From the NCBI GenBank assembly GCA_964188305.1, contig OZ076890.1: a DNA stretch of 64,000 nt. One strand, written 5' to 3'. A model generated the notes under the pieces. It was given only the letters and a program-made list of their open reading frames with translations, was not told the origin of the DNA and did not search any database. A program made the position numbers and the translations under genes. Of this stretch, positions 1 through 10,885 are shown piece after piece; positions within the stretch are counted from its first letter, which is position 1; each line of letters begins with the position of its first letter. This DNA comes from Podarcis bocagei (Eukaryota).

Positions 1-3
1 TGT

Positions 4-93
4 CATAGCTGTCAACTTTTCCGTTTTCTTGCGAGGAATCCTATTCAGAATAAGGGAATTTCCCTTAAAAAAAGGGAAACATTGACAGCTATG
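4..93. mobile_element. 90-bp palindromic non-autonomous DNA element, copy 1
   Basis: Terminal inverted repeat CATAGCTGTCAA...TTGACAGCTATG; near-identical inverted copy at 280-369. Confidence 0.75.
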
Positions 94-279
94 GATTACG
101 TGGATGTCTCAGGTAGTGAGCTGTTTGAAATATTGTATTCTTCAGTTGTTTTTATTTGAGTGAAGATGCAAAGCATGCAGTATCTATTAGGAAATACACA
201 CTCTCTGCACTCTGTGTTGCTGGCTTATAATCTGTGACCATTTTATACATACTACTTAAAAAAAGCCATAGGATTATTG

Positions 280-369
280 CATAGCTGTCAACGTTTCCCT
301 TTTTTAAAGGGAAATTCCCTTATTCTGAATAGGATTCCTCACAAGAAAAGGGAAATGTTGACGACTATG
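280..369. mobile_element. 90-bp palindromic non-autonomous DNA element, copy 2 (inverted), 6-bp TSD
   Basis: Approximate reverse complement of 4-93; flanked by TTATTG at 274-279 and 370-375. Confidence 0.8.
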
Positions 370-456
370 TTATTGATAACTCTTAACAGAAGAAAGCTTC
401 CCATTCCCTATACTTTTTCTACAGTCTTGTCAGACAGGCAAAACAATAGTGCACAG

Positions 457-504
<48 letters not shown>

Positions 505-720
505 TGTTATTTAAACCCCGCTCATCTGGCTAGGTTTCCCCAGCCACTCTGGGCAGCTCCCAAAAGAACTGATGATGATGATAATAAAAAAAAACCACAA
601 CCAATAAGACATCAGTCATTAAAAACTTCCCTGAACGTCTTCAGATGTCTTCTTAAAGTCAGATAGTTGTTTATTTCCTTGACATTTGATGGGAGGGCAT
701 TCCACAGGACGGTGCCACTG
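457..720 (-). mobile_element. L2 LINE 3' fragment with (TAA)n tail
   Basis: Minus strand reads LWNALPSNVKEINNYLTLRRHLK (L2 ORF2 C-terminus style), then an L2-type 3' end and the (ATT)n tract at 457-504. Confidence 0.75.
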
Positions 721-2009
721 TCACATTTGTACCTGGTTCTTCATTCTCCAGCGATCCTTTTAGGGTGACTCCTTGGGCTTGTCCTATTTTGCACAGGAAT
801 TTACATGAGGTTCTCCTATTTTTACCTTGTAAGTGTAAGATTGCAAAATGGTGACTTACTGAAGGCCACCAAGTTAGCTTCATGGCTAAATGGAGATTTG
901 AACTCGAGTCAAGTTTGGGTCCAACAGTCTTGACTATTCAAGACCCTGACTCTAGTCCCAACATCATTTCAGTTGACTGTGATATGATCTCACAGATTGG
1001 ATTGTTTCCTTCGTGAGTCACAGTTTAGGCAGGAGTTGTTTGAAATCATGACATTTGCATCTGCATTTCAAAGGGATTTTTGATTGACTTCAGTGGGACT
1101 TATAGGTAAGAGGAAGTAGGATCATATCCTTCAATCACTTCTCTATGATACTTTGCTGGGACTTCTATTTTCCCATCATTTCCAGTGCCCCTCAAACACA
1201 AAAATGTGTGCTTTATGTAGTTGTCTTACTCTTTCTACTCAAAAATCCATGGTTTGGCTTCCTTGAGCAGTTTTTTTTATTAAAAAAATAGTTTTGTTTT
1301 TGCTCAGCCATCTGTTCCACTTTTTAATTGTGCTGTTTGTCTACCCAACGCGAAGTGTTTTTGAAAGGATTATCTGTAGTGAAACAGCATAAAATTTTAG
1401 TGTGAGTTTAAGTTGGGGAGATAACAGAAGTGAGACTGCAGCTACCAATAAATATATGCTTGTATATTTGATGGATGGGGCTATTTGTCTTTCAGTATTC
1501 TACATCTGCTAGTTGTTTAAATTTATACTGATAATCCAGAGGATATTTTATCTAATTATTACTAGCACTGCTCTGAAATGTAGATTTTTTACTGTGTTTT
1601 TTGAAAATGACTTTCATTTGTGATATTTTTTTTTTAGTATGTTGTAAGTCACTTAGAGACATTTTTCTTTGAAATATGAATACCCTCACAGGGTTCTTCC
1701 AGATGACAGCTTAATACTGTAAATGGGTTGTTGGAACATTGGAAACATGTTATTACCTTATCAACGTTTTCCTGGGAAGGGTAAATCCAAATTAAATGCC
1801 TATGCGCTGGCAGCTTGATGACAATGACACCGTGGGAACACTACAAAAAACTTGCACACCATAAGAGCACCAATACTACAGTAAATACCTGCCTTTAAGC
1901 ACCCACAGACCTTCTCATGTGTCCTTGCCACCATTACTGTAGATATTTCATAAGCAGAAGCAGCAGAGATAACGGCAAAAGGTTTTGAAAACGGTTTCCT
2001 GACCTCAAC

Positions 2010-2249
2010 TAGGGACCGGCCAGCCGATAAAGTGAGGTAAGGTTGTTGCCTCAGGCGGCAGATATGGGCCCAAGGACTGTGCCTCTCACCACTGCTGCAC
2101 CAACCTGCTGGGCTGTGGCAGTGCATGGCAGCGGGGAAGGTGAGCGGCAGCAGCGTGGCATGGGCAGAGAGAGTGCAGTGGCGCAGACTCAGATCTGTGG
2201 GATGGGGGGCATTTTGCCTCAAGCAGCAAAATGCCCTGGGCCGGCCCCG
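2010..2249. mobile_element. hAT-type MITE
   Basis: Ends TAGGGACCGGCC / GGCCGGCCCCG; perfect 8-bp TSD ACCTCAAC at 2002-2009 and 2250-2257. Confidence 0.8.
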
Positions 2250-2341
2250 ACCTCAACTCTACCTATTTAGCACGTAACACTGCTGACATTTTGTCGTCAT
2301 GGGTACTGGCTGCTACCACACAACTGAATTCATACCTAGTA

Positions 2342-2583
2342 CAGTGGTACCTCGGGTTACATACGCTTCAGGTTACATACGCTTCAGGTTACAGACTCCG
2401 CTAACTCAGAAATATTACCTCGGGTTAAGAACTTTGCTTCAGGATGAGAGCAGAAATTGTGCTCCGGTGGCGCGGAGGCAGCAGGAGGCCCCATTAGCTA
2501 AAGTGGTGCTTCAGGTTAAGAACAGTTTCAGGTTAAGAATGGACCTCCGGAACGAATTAAGTACTTAGCCTGAGGTACCAGTG
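2342..2583 (+). mobile_element. Tc1/mariner (Tigger-like) MITE, family A
   Basis: TIR CAGTGGTACCTCGGGTTA, TA flanks; five more copies in the window. Confidence 0.9.
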
Positions 2584-3444
2584 TATTGGAACTTTGCATA
2601 CATATATGCAGGGGTTTTTCTCAGCTGAAACTCACTGGAACTGAGTTGCATTCCGGCACCTCTGTAGTGTTGTGTTCAGGGCTGCGCAGCAGAGGCGGCG
2701 GGCGGCAGGGAAAGTTTATAATTTTTTCTGCAACGGTGGGGCGAGTGGGCAAAGAAGAGAAGCCCTTCCCCTTAAAAAACAAAAACAAAAAACTCAACAA
2801 GTTCTTGCAGCTCATCCCCATATATATAGATGCCAACTGTTTTGCTTCCGCATTTGTACCATTGCTAGTGCATTCAGAACGTTTGAAGTGAGATAGCTGT
2901 ATAATACCTATATATGATGAAAATGTATTTTCTGAGCTGTCAGGAAATTTAGTTAGGCTTCGTTTTTATGTAGGGCAGAGGTATAGTATCAGACCTCATA
3001 CAAATGTTTGTTTGTTTGCTCTTGGAAATACCCACGACCCTAAAATTTATCTAGCATTTTTCATCAAACATAGGTGCAAATAAGCTGACATACATTAGTC
3101 CAGGTGATAATGAATACAGGTAGTTTTCCTGGCTTTAAATTATTCATGGTAAGCACAAATAAAAGTTATTATAAACAAGGCATTGGTAACATCCAAACAT
3201 CATGGGAAGCCATAGTCTGAAATGAACTATGGTTTACGGTGAACAAACAATGCACAGGTGCATTCTGCTCAAGTTGCACCCACCCTGCTCCACCCTTTGC
3301 CAAGCCTAGAGGAAACAAACCACTGTACTGACTTAGCAAACCAGCCCTCTCCCAGCAAATTGTGATTTTTTAAAAAAATCCCTACACTTACTGGTGAAGG
3401 ACAAATGCAGTTCTCAATCTTCTCAGTCTTCTTTCTCCTCTCCC

Positions 3445-5330
3445 TCACTGGATGCTGCTGCAGATGATATGAGGACTAGTGGGGGTTGACCAGTAGCCAG
3501 AAGTGCTTGGCTGTGGTTCAGATCCAGAGATGGGTTGTCTGGGCACATCTACTGCTGCTGGTTTCTTTGTGAGGAACATGGTGATTGGCAGCTGCTGCTG
3601 CTGCTGTTGTCTCTTGAGCTCATCAAACATTTCCTTGTACCGTCTCAGAGTGCCTGTAATGCCACAGATCGTCTTAAGGCTGCTCTCCATGGTCAAACTG
3701 TGCAAACAGATCGTTTGCATGATTTATGACTTGGAAGAGTTGGAAAATTTTGTGCAGGTTCCAGCTTGCTGGATCATGCTCACCATCCTCATTCTCAGCT
3801 TTGTATTCTTAGCTTGATCTGGCAAGTTCTTGCAACTCTTCAATACCTGTTGGGCCTCCATGAGCTCTTCCACTTCTTACTGAGTGACGTCAACAAAGCC
3901 ACCAGCAGCAACGTGCCTGGCCATCTGCACAATGTTCTCCACCATGTTGGCAGTGCTTGGAAATCCCTTGAATTTGTGCACCCATTCCGTTCACACGTTC
4001 CAGCAGCATGCACTCACTGTTTCAGGCTTGATTGCATCCACTGCCTGCTTGACGTAGGTGATGCAATGGGCGATTCAGATCGGCGTCCATTGCGTTGATC
4101 ATTCAGGAGAAGGTGAGCTTCACGTAAGCAGCCTTGAAGCAGCAAATCACAACTTGATCCAGAGGCTGGATGAGGGAGGTTGTATTGGGGGATTCGGGGC
4201 AGGAGACAACCTCTCCCTTTCTGTGTGCAAAGTGGAGTCTCTTAGGATGCCCAAGAGCACTGTCCACTGGTAGCATCACTTTAATCTGCAGGTGCTTCTC
4301 CTCCAGGTAATGCCTCTGGAGTGATGTAGTGGAACCAGTCCAGAAATGATGATGAAGTCACCCAGGGCTTTTTGTTGGATTGCCAAAACCCAGGAAGCAG
4401 GTTCTTGTTCTTGCCTTTTAGGGCACAGGGTGGTTTGAGATCTGTATAGCAAGCCTGGCTTTAAGTGACCAGACACATTGCCGCAGAGCAGCACAGTCAC
4501 TCGATCTTTTGCAGCGATGAAGCCAAGGGTTTGCTTTTCAGCTTTGGCAATGTAAGTCTGCTCAGGCATTTTCTTCCAGAAAAGCCCTGTCTGCGTGCGA
4601 AGACTTGCTCTAGAAGGTATGCCTTGTCATCCAGCAGCCACGTTAGTGGTGCACTGCACATCTTTGCAGCCTCTCTGTCTGCGGGTGCAACCTCTCCTGT
4701 CGTTTGGATGTCCTTCAGGTTGAAATGGGTCTTAAAGCCATTAAGCCAGCCTGGGCTGGCTTTCAATTCCTTGGCAGGCTAGTCCCCATCTGTGGGTGGA
4801 AGGTTTGAAGTGGTCATAGAGGCTTTTCGTGCAAGATGCTGCCATCCACAGAAGTATGTTTCTGGTTCATGTTTCTCGTTCATGTCGTGAGAGCCAGTGT
4901 GGTGTAGTGGTTAAGAGCGGTAGACTCGTAATCTGGTGAACCGGGTTCGCGTCTCCGCTCCTCCACATGCAGCTGCTGGGTGACCTTGGGCTAGTCACAC
5001 TTCTCTGAAGTCTCTCAGCCCCACTCACCTCACAGAGTGTTTGTTGTGGGGGAGGAAGGAGAATGTTAGCTGCTTTGAGACTCCTTCGGGTAGTGATAAA
5101 GCGGGATATCTTCTTCTTCTCTTCTTCTTTCAGCCACAAGTTCAGTGCCTTCTCCGTGTTCAGCAAAGCCTTGTCCTGCACCTGCCTGGTCACCTTTGCA
5201 ATTGTTGCCACAGCCCACAGATCTCCTCATGCAGCCGAACCTGCATGCCACAACACGCACATATTTGCCATCCCTCAAGTAGCCCAGCACAGCCAACTTC
5301 TCCTCTTCTTTGGTTTCTCAGCAGCTGATG
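3445..5330 (-). pseudogene. Decayed Tigger/pogo (TIGD1-like) transposase, interrupted by a SINE
   Basis: Frameshifted pieces EKALNLWL, KASPGWLNGFKTHFNLKDIQTTGEVAPADREAA (CENP-B-type HTH region) and GLFWKKMPEQTYIAKAEKQTLGFIAAKDRVTVLLCGNVSGHLKP (DDE_1 start). Element ends not defined. Confidence 0.85.
4891..5129 (+). mobile_element. tRNA-derived SINE (Squam3-like)
   Basis: A-box-like TGGTGTAGTGG, B-box-like GGTTCGCGTCT, (CTT)n tail; near-identical copy at 63147-63405; sits inside the Tigger ORF. Confidence 0.85.
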
Positions 5331-5629
5331 ACAATGATTATGTCTTGCATTTTGAGGCCATTCTGCAGCCTGAAGCTCTGCCAACCACCTCCTCTGCCCT
5401 GCAAACCCCTCCATTGTCTTTCCAAACCCCTCCACAAGTCTTTCATGCCTCTGATCGCTGTCTCTAGCAACCTGTCCTACACCCAAAGACTCTCACGATG
5501 GCTGCTGGCCTCCCCCCCCCCCCGCTCTCCCACCCCTTCATGCCATTTTATTATTATTCCTCTGTGTGTGCCTTTTTCTGATAGTCTAGAAAAACATGAA
5601 CTAACTGAGAAGTTGTAGTGTCCTTAAAT

Positions 5630-6500
5630 CAGCAAGGGGGGAAATATGTGAGGGATTGCTTCACAGAGCTTGGCAATCCGTTCATGGAAACTGGTCAAGA
5701 CCTTGATGTTATTGGCATCTGGGTCATTGCAGACAAAGAAATTCTTGAGAGGACAGCTTCCGCAGAGAGAACTGGTAAAATAAAATAACATTTTAAAAAA
5801 ATCTGTACAGCCCCTTTTTGTTGAGGAACAACTTGCTAACAGAAGCTTATACCCAGGAAAATGTCTTCTTTCAGTGCACCAGACGAGAAGAAGTAATAAG
5901 AAAACTACCTGAAGACTCTTTTTCAAGGCTTTTCCTGGTGAATCTGTGGTATGATATTAATATTGAGCAGTTCTTCAAACATGAGAATCATCTATTTCCT
6001 CCTGTGCTCTCCAGCAGCTATGATATATGTGCAGGCAACAAGTCAGAATTGGTACACCTTTTAGAGGTGACATGACCAGAATCTGCATAATTTTTCACGT
6101 TTCTGCAATGCCATAGAGCAACACACCAAACACTGTGAAGCCACATAAACTGTTGCTTCCAGCCATCATCTGCAATGATACTGTGAAAAAGTCTGGAGTG
6201 GATTAACTTTGGGCTAGATACTTTACCCCATCTACTAAGGGACAGGCAAAGGACAAAAAGGTACGGACCCTAAGAGACAGGGTCTTCCAGATTCAGTTAT
6301 TTCAAAGAATTGATAGCACGTTGTGAGAAATTTCACAAACAGAGCTACTTGGGACCTTGTCTGTAGGTTGCCTTGCACATTTTCAGGTAGCAACAGTTGT
6401 AGATTGCATCCAAGGTAATAAGAATGCATTGGCTTCAATAACTGGACCAACTTGAACAAGCCAAGAAGAAGTAGATACTTTCAGTCACCTTATGCTGAAT
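5630..6500 (+). pseudogene. Decayed Academ-like DNA transposon ORF (XPG/PIN-like nuclease region)
   Basis: Ordered remnants FTELGNPFMETGQDL, FSRLF, FFKHENHLFPPVLS..GNKSELVHLLE, VD*LWARYFTPSTK and QEEVDT match recalled Academ motifs (GNPF, FFxHENxxxPPSLS, KSDL, VDxVWDxY, HEEADT). Stops and frameshifts are present. Confidence 0.6.
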
Positions 6501-8905
6501 CAGACCATTAACTAGGGCCAAATTTAGGTTTGATGAGGCCCTAAGCTACTGAAGGTAATGGGGCCCTTTATATGTCCAACTGTCCTTAGTTGACAACAAA
6601 TTGTCGCTGTTTTTTGTGTTGAATATATGCTATATAGTAATTTATGGACCTAATAGGTATCTAAAGCCATTTGCACATGTAGAAGTTTGCACCTGAAGAA
6701 GTAGGCCATTTTGAGATTCCTCAGCCTTCTCTCTACATCTCGCAACCAGTCCTTTTTAGGATCATATGACTCATTTGTCTCCTTGGTGAATTACTGAAAG
6801 AGTTTAATCCTTGTCCTGGCTCTCATCTTTCTGTTCTTTATACCTCCTTGTTAATGGACAAACCTGTCAGCTTGTGCCTCTGGGTCAAGGTGGCGGAGGA
6901 GAGGAAGTGGTGTGGTCAGGTTGCTTCATGTTAAAGAAAATAACATGTAACAATGCAGTGTTGTGTGTTTACTATCAGATTCCTGTGAATAAGACACTGG
7001 TAACCTTGAGTCATGAGTGTTAATAGCCTGGGATATTCCAGTGGCCACATCCATTTCTATAAGAATTGTTAGATGATCTTCCTTAGGTCTTGCAAATGGT
7101 TAGGAAATACTTGAAACTGGGCATGCCTCTAGTGAGCTCCTTCCAAGGAAAACCAAACCTAGTGTTTTGCCCCTCCGCTACTTGGAGAAGCCATATGAGT
7201 ACAGCAGTATAATTCCAGTACATCTTCTATCTGCCTATCCCAGTTGCTCTCAACATTGTGTCACAGGCTGGCATCATGAAGAACCCAGGATAAAGGCTAC
7301 ACATGCAGGAGGAAGTGTGGCAAGGTTTATCAGAGGCATGGAGCAGCCTAAGCCCCCTAACACAATGATGTCCCTGTGTTCACCTTTTGCCTTTCCTCCA
7401 TGAAAGGAAAGGCTTGCTATTCATTCCTACAAGCTTAAATACTATGGGCAGAACCCAAAGTGCTGACCATCGTATTTAGGTGGGCTCATTGCTCAGTGCA
7501 GATGCTTTGCTTGTAGAAGGTCCCTGTCATTTCCAGTTGAAAGGGTCAGATAGCACATGAGATAAGAGACCCCCGTCTGAGACCATAGTGGACAATGCTG
7601 AGCTGGGGTAACAAATAGTCTGATCTGGTACAAGGAAGCTCTCTATGGCCCTCTGCTTCAAGCACAGCCAAGACTTTTGACAAGCCTTTTGTCCTTTCCC
7701 CTCTTTGAACTGCAGTCCTCTGAGCCTTCCCGGGAACTGCTTTTGCAGTGTGGGCTGCCGTTTGATAGCCCTGAGCTCGAAAGCACCCTTGGGTGACCTG
7801 AACTAGTGGCTTCATTCTTTGAATCCTAGATCCTCAGTAGTCAGTCCTGTCGAAATCATCGGATTTACGTTCCAACCCACAATGTTAAATACTTGGAAAG
7901 AAGTTTGGCAGCCAGCATTGTGGGTGTGTAGCCAGAAACAAAAATCACATTGTGTTCTTCTTCAGCCAGTTTCTTATCCTGGGGTCTTTTGTGTCCTCGG
8001 TTGTTACTGGGCCCCATCCTTTGCACTTTAAATTAATGACAGTGAGTGCCTAAAATGCCTTTACTCCCTAGAGGGGCTGGATTACTTTTTAACACTTTTC
8101 ATGGGCAAATTAGGCATGTCTTCGGTGCAACGGGCTTGTCTCCATCTCCTTCACTCTCTGTCACTGAGAACGATCTAGAAGAAGAGAAGGTTGGCTTTGT
8201 AGATCTGTTTTTAAGGAAGAAAAAAGGAAAGGAGGCTAGCACAGATGCAGTGTCGGAAGGTCTGTTGATGGAATTCTGCCTATAGGTTTGTGGGTTTTTT
8301 TAAAAAAAGAGGAGAGAAGATCCAGGGAACTTGGACCTGCTGGGAACAGAACCACTTTTGGTTCTTAACATTTAGAGCAGGTTTCAATTGGTTTTTATTG
8401 TGTTCCACTGTCACCCAAATGGATGTGGATAGTAGCAATCATAGCCACGTAGGTTGATGGCACCTGTGAAAGACAGATAAGAGACTCCCACTGTGTGCAT
8501 AATAGGGGCATATGTACTTTGTAAGTTGACACACAAAAATAGCTGTGGTGAGCAAGTTGGCCTTTAGAGCTGTTTAGTTTTCATTTTAAAAAAATAACAC
8601 CTTACACACACAAGTGTTTGTTTATTCTTTTTATTGCAAATGACCCTTGGGACTGAAGGGGGGGTGGTTTTAAAAATTTGCTAATTGCTAATTTACTTGT
8701 TTTAATCAAGCCGTGTCTACTTTTATTATTGTAGATTGTACTGATCCTTGGCCACCATCTGCGTTTGTGCTTACTTTGTGTCTTGGTTTTGGTTGTAATT
8801 CCCTGGAACAATGATAGTTTAAAAGGGTTGAAAACAGTTATAGGTCTGATGGATTCAGTTCTAACTTTGCTACTGATTGACTATCTAAGGAACTAAATCA
8901 TCAAC

Positions 8906-9570
8906 TTGGAGGGCCTTAGGGAGCAATCCTGTACCAAGAGCTTCTGGGTTTATGGGGAATTGAGGTTCGACAGCTACAGTCATTCTTGGACCAGGAGAGC
9001 CTGGCCAAAGTACCGTATTTTTTGCACCATAACACTCACTTTTTTCCTCCTAGAAAGTAAGGGGAAATGTCTGTGCGTGTTATGGAGCGAATGCCTGTGG
9101 GTGGCGGGTGGGATCTGCTGCAGTCGTGAGCAGAGGATCCATGGTTCCCCTTCCTTCCCTCCTCCGTGGTTACAAAGCATGGATCCACATGGATCCTCAG
9201 GATTTTTGCATTGGGCTACTCCAAACTCACTGTCAGATCACATGTCTGTGGCCACAGCATGAACCACAAAAATCATATATCCACTATTTCATTTAGAATA
9301 TTTTTTTTTCTTGTTTTCCTCCTCTAAAAACTACGTGCATGTTATGGTCTGGTGCGTGTTATAGAGCGAAAAATACGGTAGTTCATGTGCTGATTACATC
9401 AAGGGTGGATTACTGCAGTGTGGATTACTTCTTCCCTTGCGCTTCATCCAGAAGCTGCAGTTAGTGCAGAATGCTGCAGTGCAATTGCTGACAGGAATGA
9501 GGCCTTGTAAGCATATAACACCTGTGCTTAGAAGTTGGCACTAGTTGCCAATCTGCCACTGAGCCAAGTT
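8906..9570 (+). mobile_element. Old L2 fragment split by a MITE
   Basis: Removing the MITE joins LDQESLAKV to VHVLITSRVDYC, followed by QKLQLVQNAA (L2 ORF2 motif). Confidence 0.7.
9013..9378. mobile_element. Tc1/mariner-superfamily MITE, family B (TIR CCGTATTTTT)
   Basis: TA|CCGTATTTTTTGC ... GCGAAAAATACGG|TA; related copies at 36381 and 51294. Confidence 0.85.
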
Positions 9571-9854
9571 TATTTTATGGAATAAAATTAACGAGCAAGG
9601 CTAGGATTCAACAGCCCTCTGGCTGAACGTGGAGATTCCTGGTCCAGCCCAGGCTACACTGGCTTAATTCCCTCATCCTCAGCTCATCTGGAGATAACAA
9701 TGACATATCTTCCCCCATCCAGGTGCAGCCAGTACCCACTTGAGAGAGCAGAATCTGATGGATCTTAAGCTGCTGTAAACCCCCCAAAAGGGTTGTGGTG
9801 GGACCAGAGGGACTTGGGCTGAATCCTAAGCCTGTTCAGCACAGTCTTGTGACT

Positions 9855-10829
9855 TGGCTGGATGGTTACGTGGGAGCCGGTTGAAGCTAAATCCTTCGAA
9901 GACAGAGGTCCTGTGGCTGGGACGGGATGATATGGGATTGGGGGGGCAACTCCCATCTCTTGCGGGGCGCAATTAGTGCCAGCACCGTCCGTTAAGAGTT
10001 TGGGTGTAATCTTCGACACCTCCCTTTCCATGGAGGCGCAGATTGCAGCTATAACAAAGGCGGCATTTTTCCTTCTCCGCCAAGCTAAGCAGTTGGCTCC
10101 TTACCTCTATCGCCCTGACCTAGGCACTGTGATCCACGCGATGGTCACCTCCAGACTGGATTATTGTAACTCGCTCTACGTGGGGCTACCCTTGAGACTG
10201 ACCCAGAAACTCCAGCAGGTGCAGAAGGCTGCAGCGAGACTCCTTACGGGGTCTTTGCTGCGGGATCACATTCACCCAGTGCTATACCAGCTGCACTGGC
10301 TCCCAGTGGAGTACAGGATCAGGTTTAAGGTGCTGGTTTTAACTTTTAAAGCCCTATACGGCCTAGGACCCTCGTACCTACGGGACCGCCTCTCCTGGTA
10401 TGTCCCACAGAGAAACTTACAGTCTTCAAATGAAAACATCTTGAAGGTCCCAGGCCACAGAGAGGTTAGGCTGGCCTCAACTAGAGCCAGGGCTTTTTCG
10501 GCTGTGGCTCCGATCTGGTGGAACACTCTGTCACAAGAGACCAGAGCCCTGCGGGACTTGACATCTTTCCGCAGGGCCTGCAAGACAGAGCTGTTCCACC
10601 AGGCCTTTGGCCAGGGCACAGCCTGACCCCCTCCCTTGGCAATCTTCGCGGAGCTCTGACCCAATGGTTGTCAGTGGCTTGATTTGAATTAATTTTATAA
10701 TGAATGATTTTAGAGTGTTGTGTTGTGTTGTGTTGTGTTGTGTTGTGTTGTGTTGTACTTTTGTACTGTTTTATTGTTGTTAGCCGCTCTGAGCCTGGCT
10801 TCGGCTGGGGAGGGCGGGATATAAATAAA

Positions 10830-10884
<55 letters not shown>

Positions 10885-10885
10885 T
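9855..10885 (+). mobile_element. Young 5'-truncated L2 LINE (ORF2 C-terminus, 3' UTR, (TAT)n tail)
   Basis: WLRGSRLKLNPSKTEVLW, then a 216-aa open frame with SRLDYCNSLYVGLP..LQQVQKAAARLL..LHWLPV..WWNTL; (GTGTT)n at 10715-10756; L2 3' end and TAT tail. Confidence 0.92.

Noticed and set aside
277-666. ORFs with poly-I, poly-Y or poly-R runs (also 10704, 40572-40973, 61761)
   Set aside because: Translations of trinucleotide microsatellites.
2342-2583. Short internal repeats (CTTCAGGTTA) as a CRISPR-like array
   Set aside because: These are subterminal repeats of a TA-flanked MITE; there are no unique spacers or cas genes, and the context is eukaryotic.
4891-4965. tRNA gene (also at 16360, 31492, 63147)
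   Set aside because: The tRNA-like heads continue into SINE bodies with tails; no complete cloverleaf with terminator.
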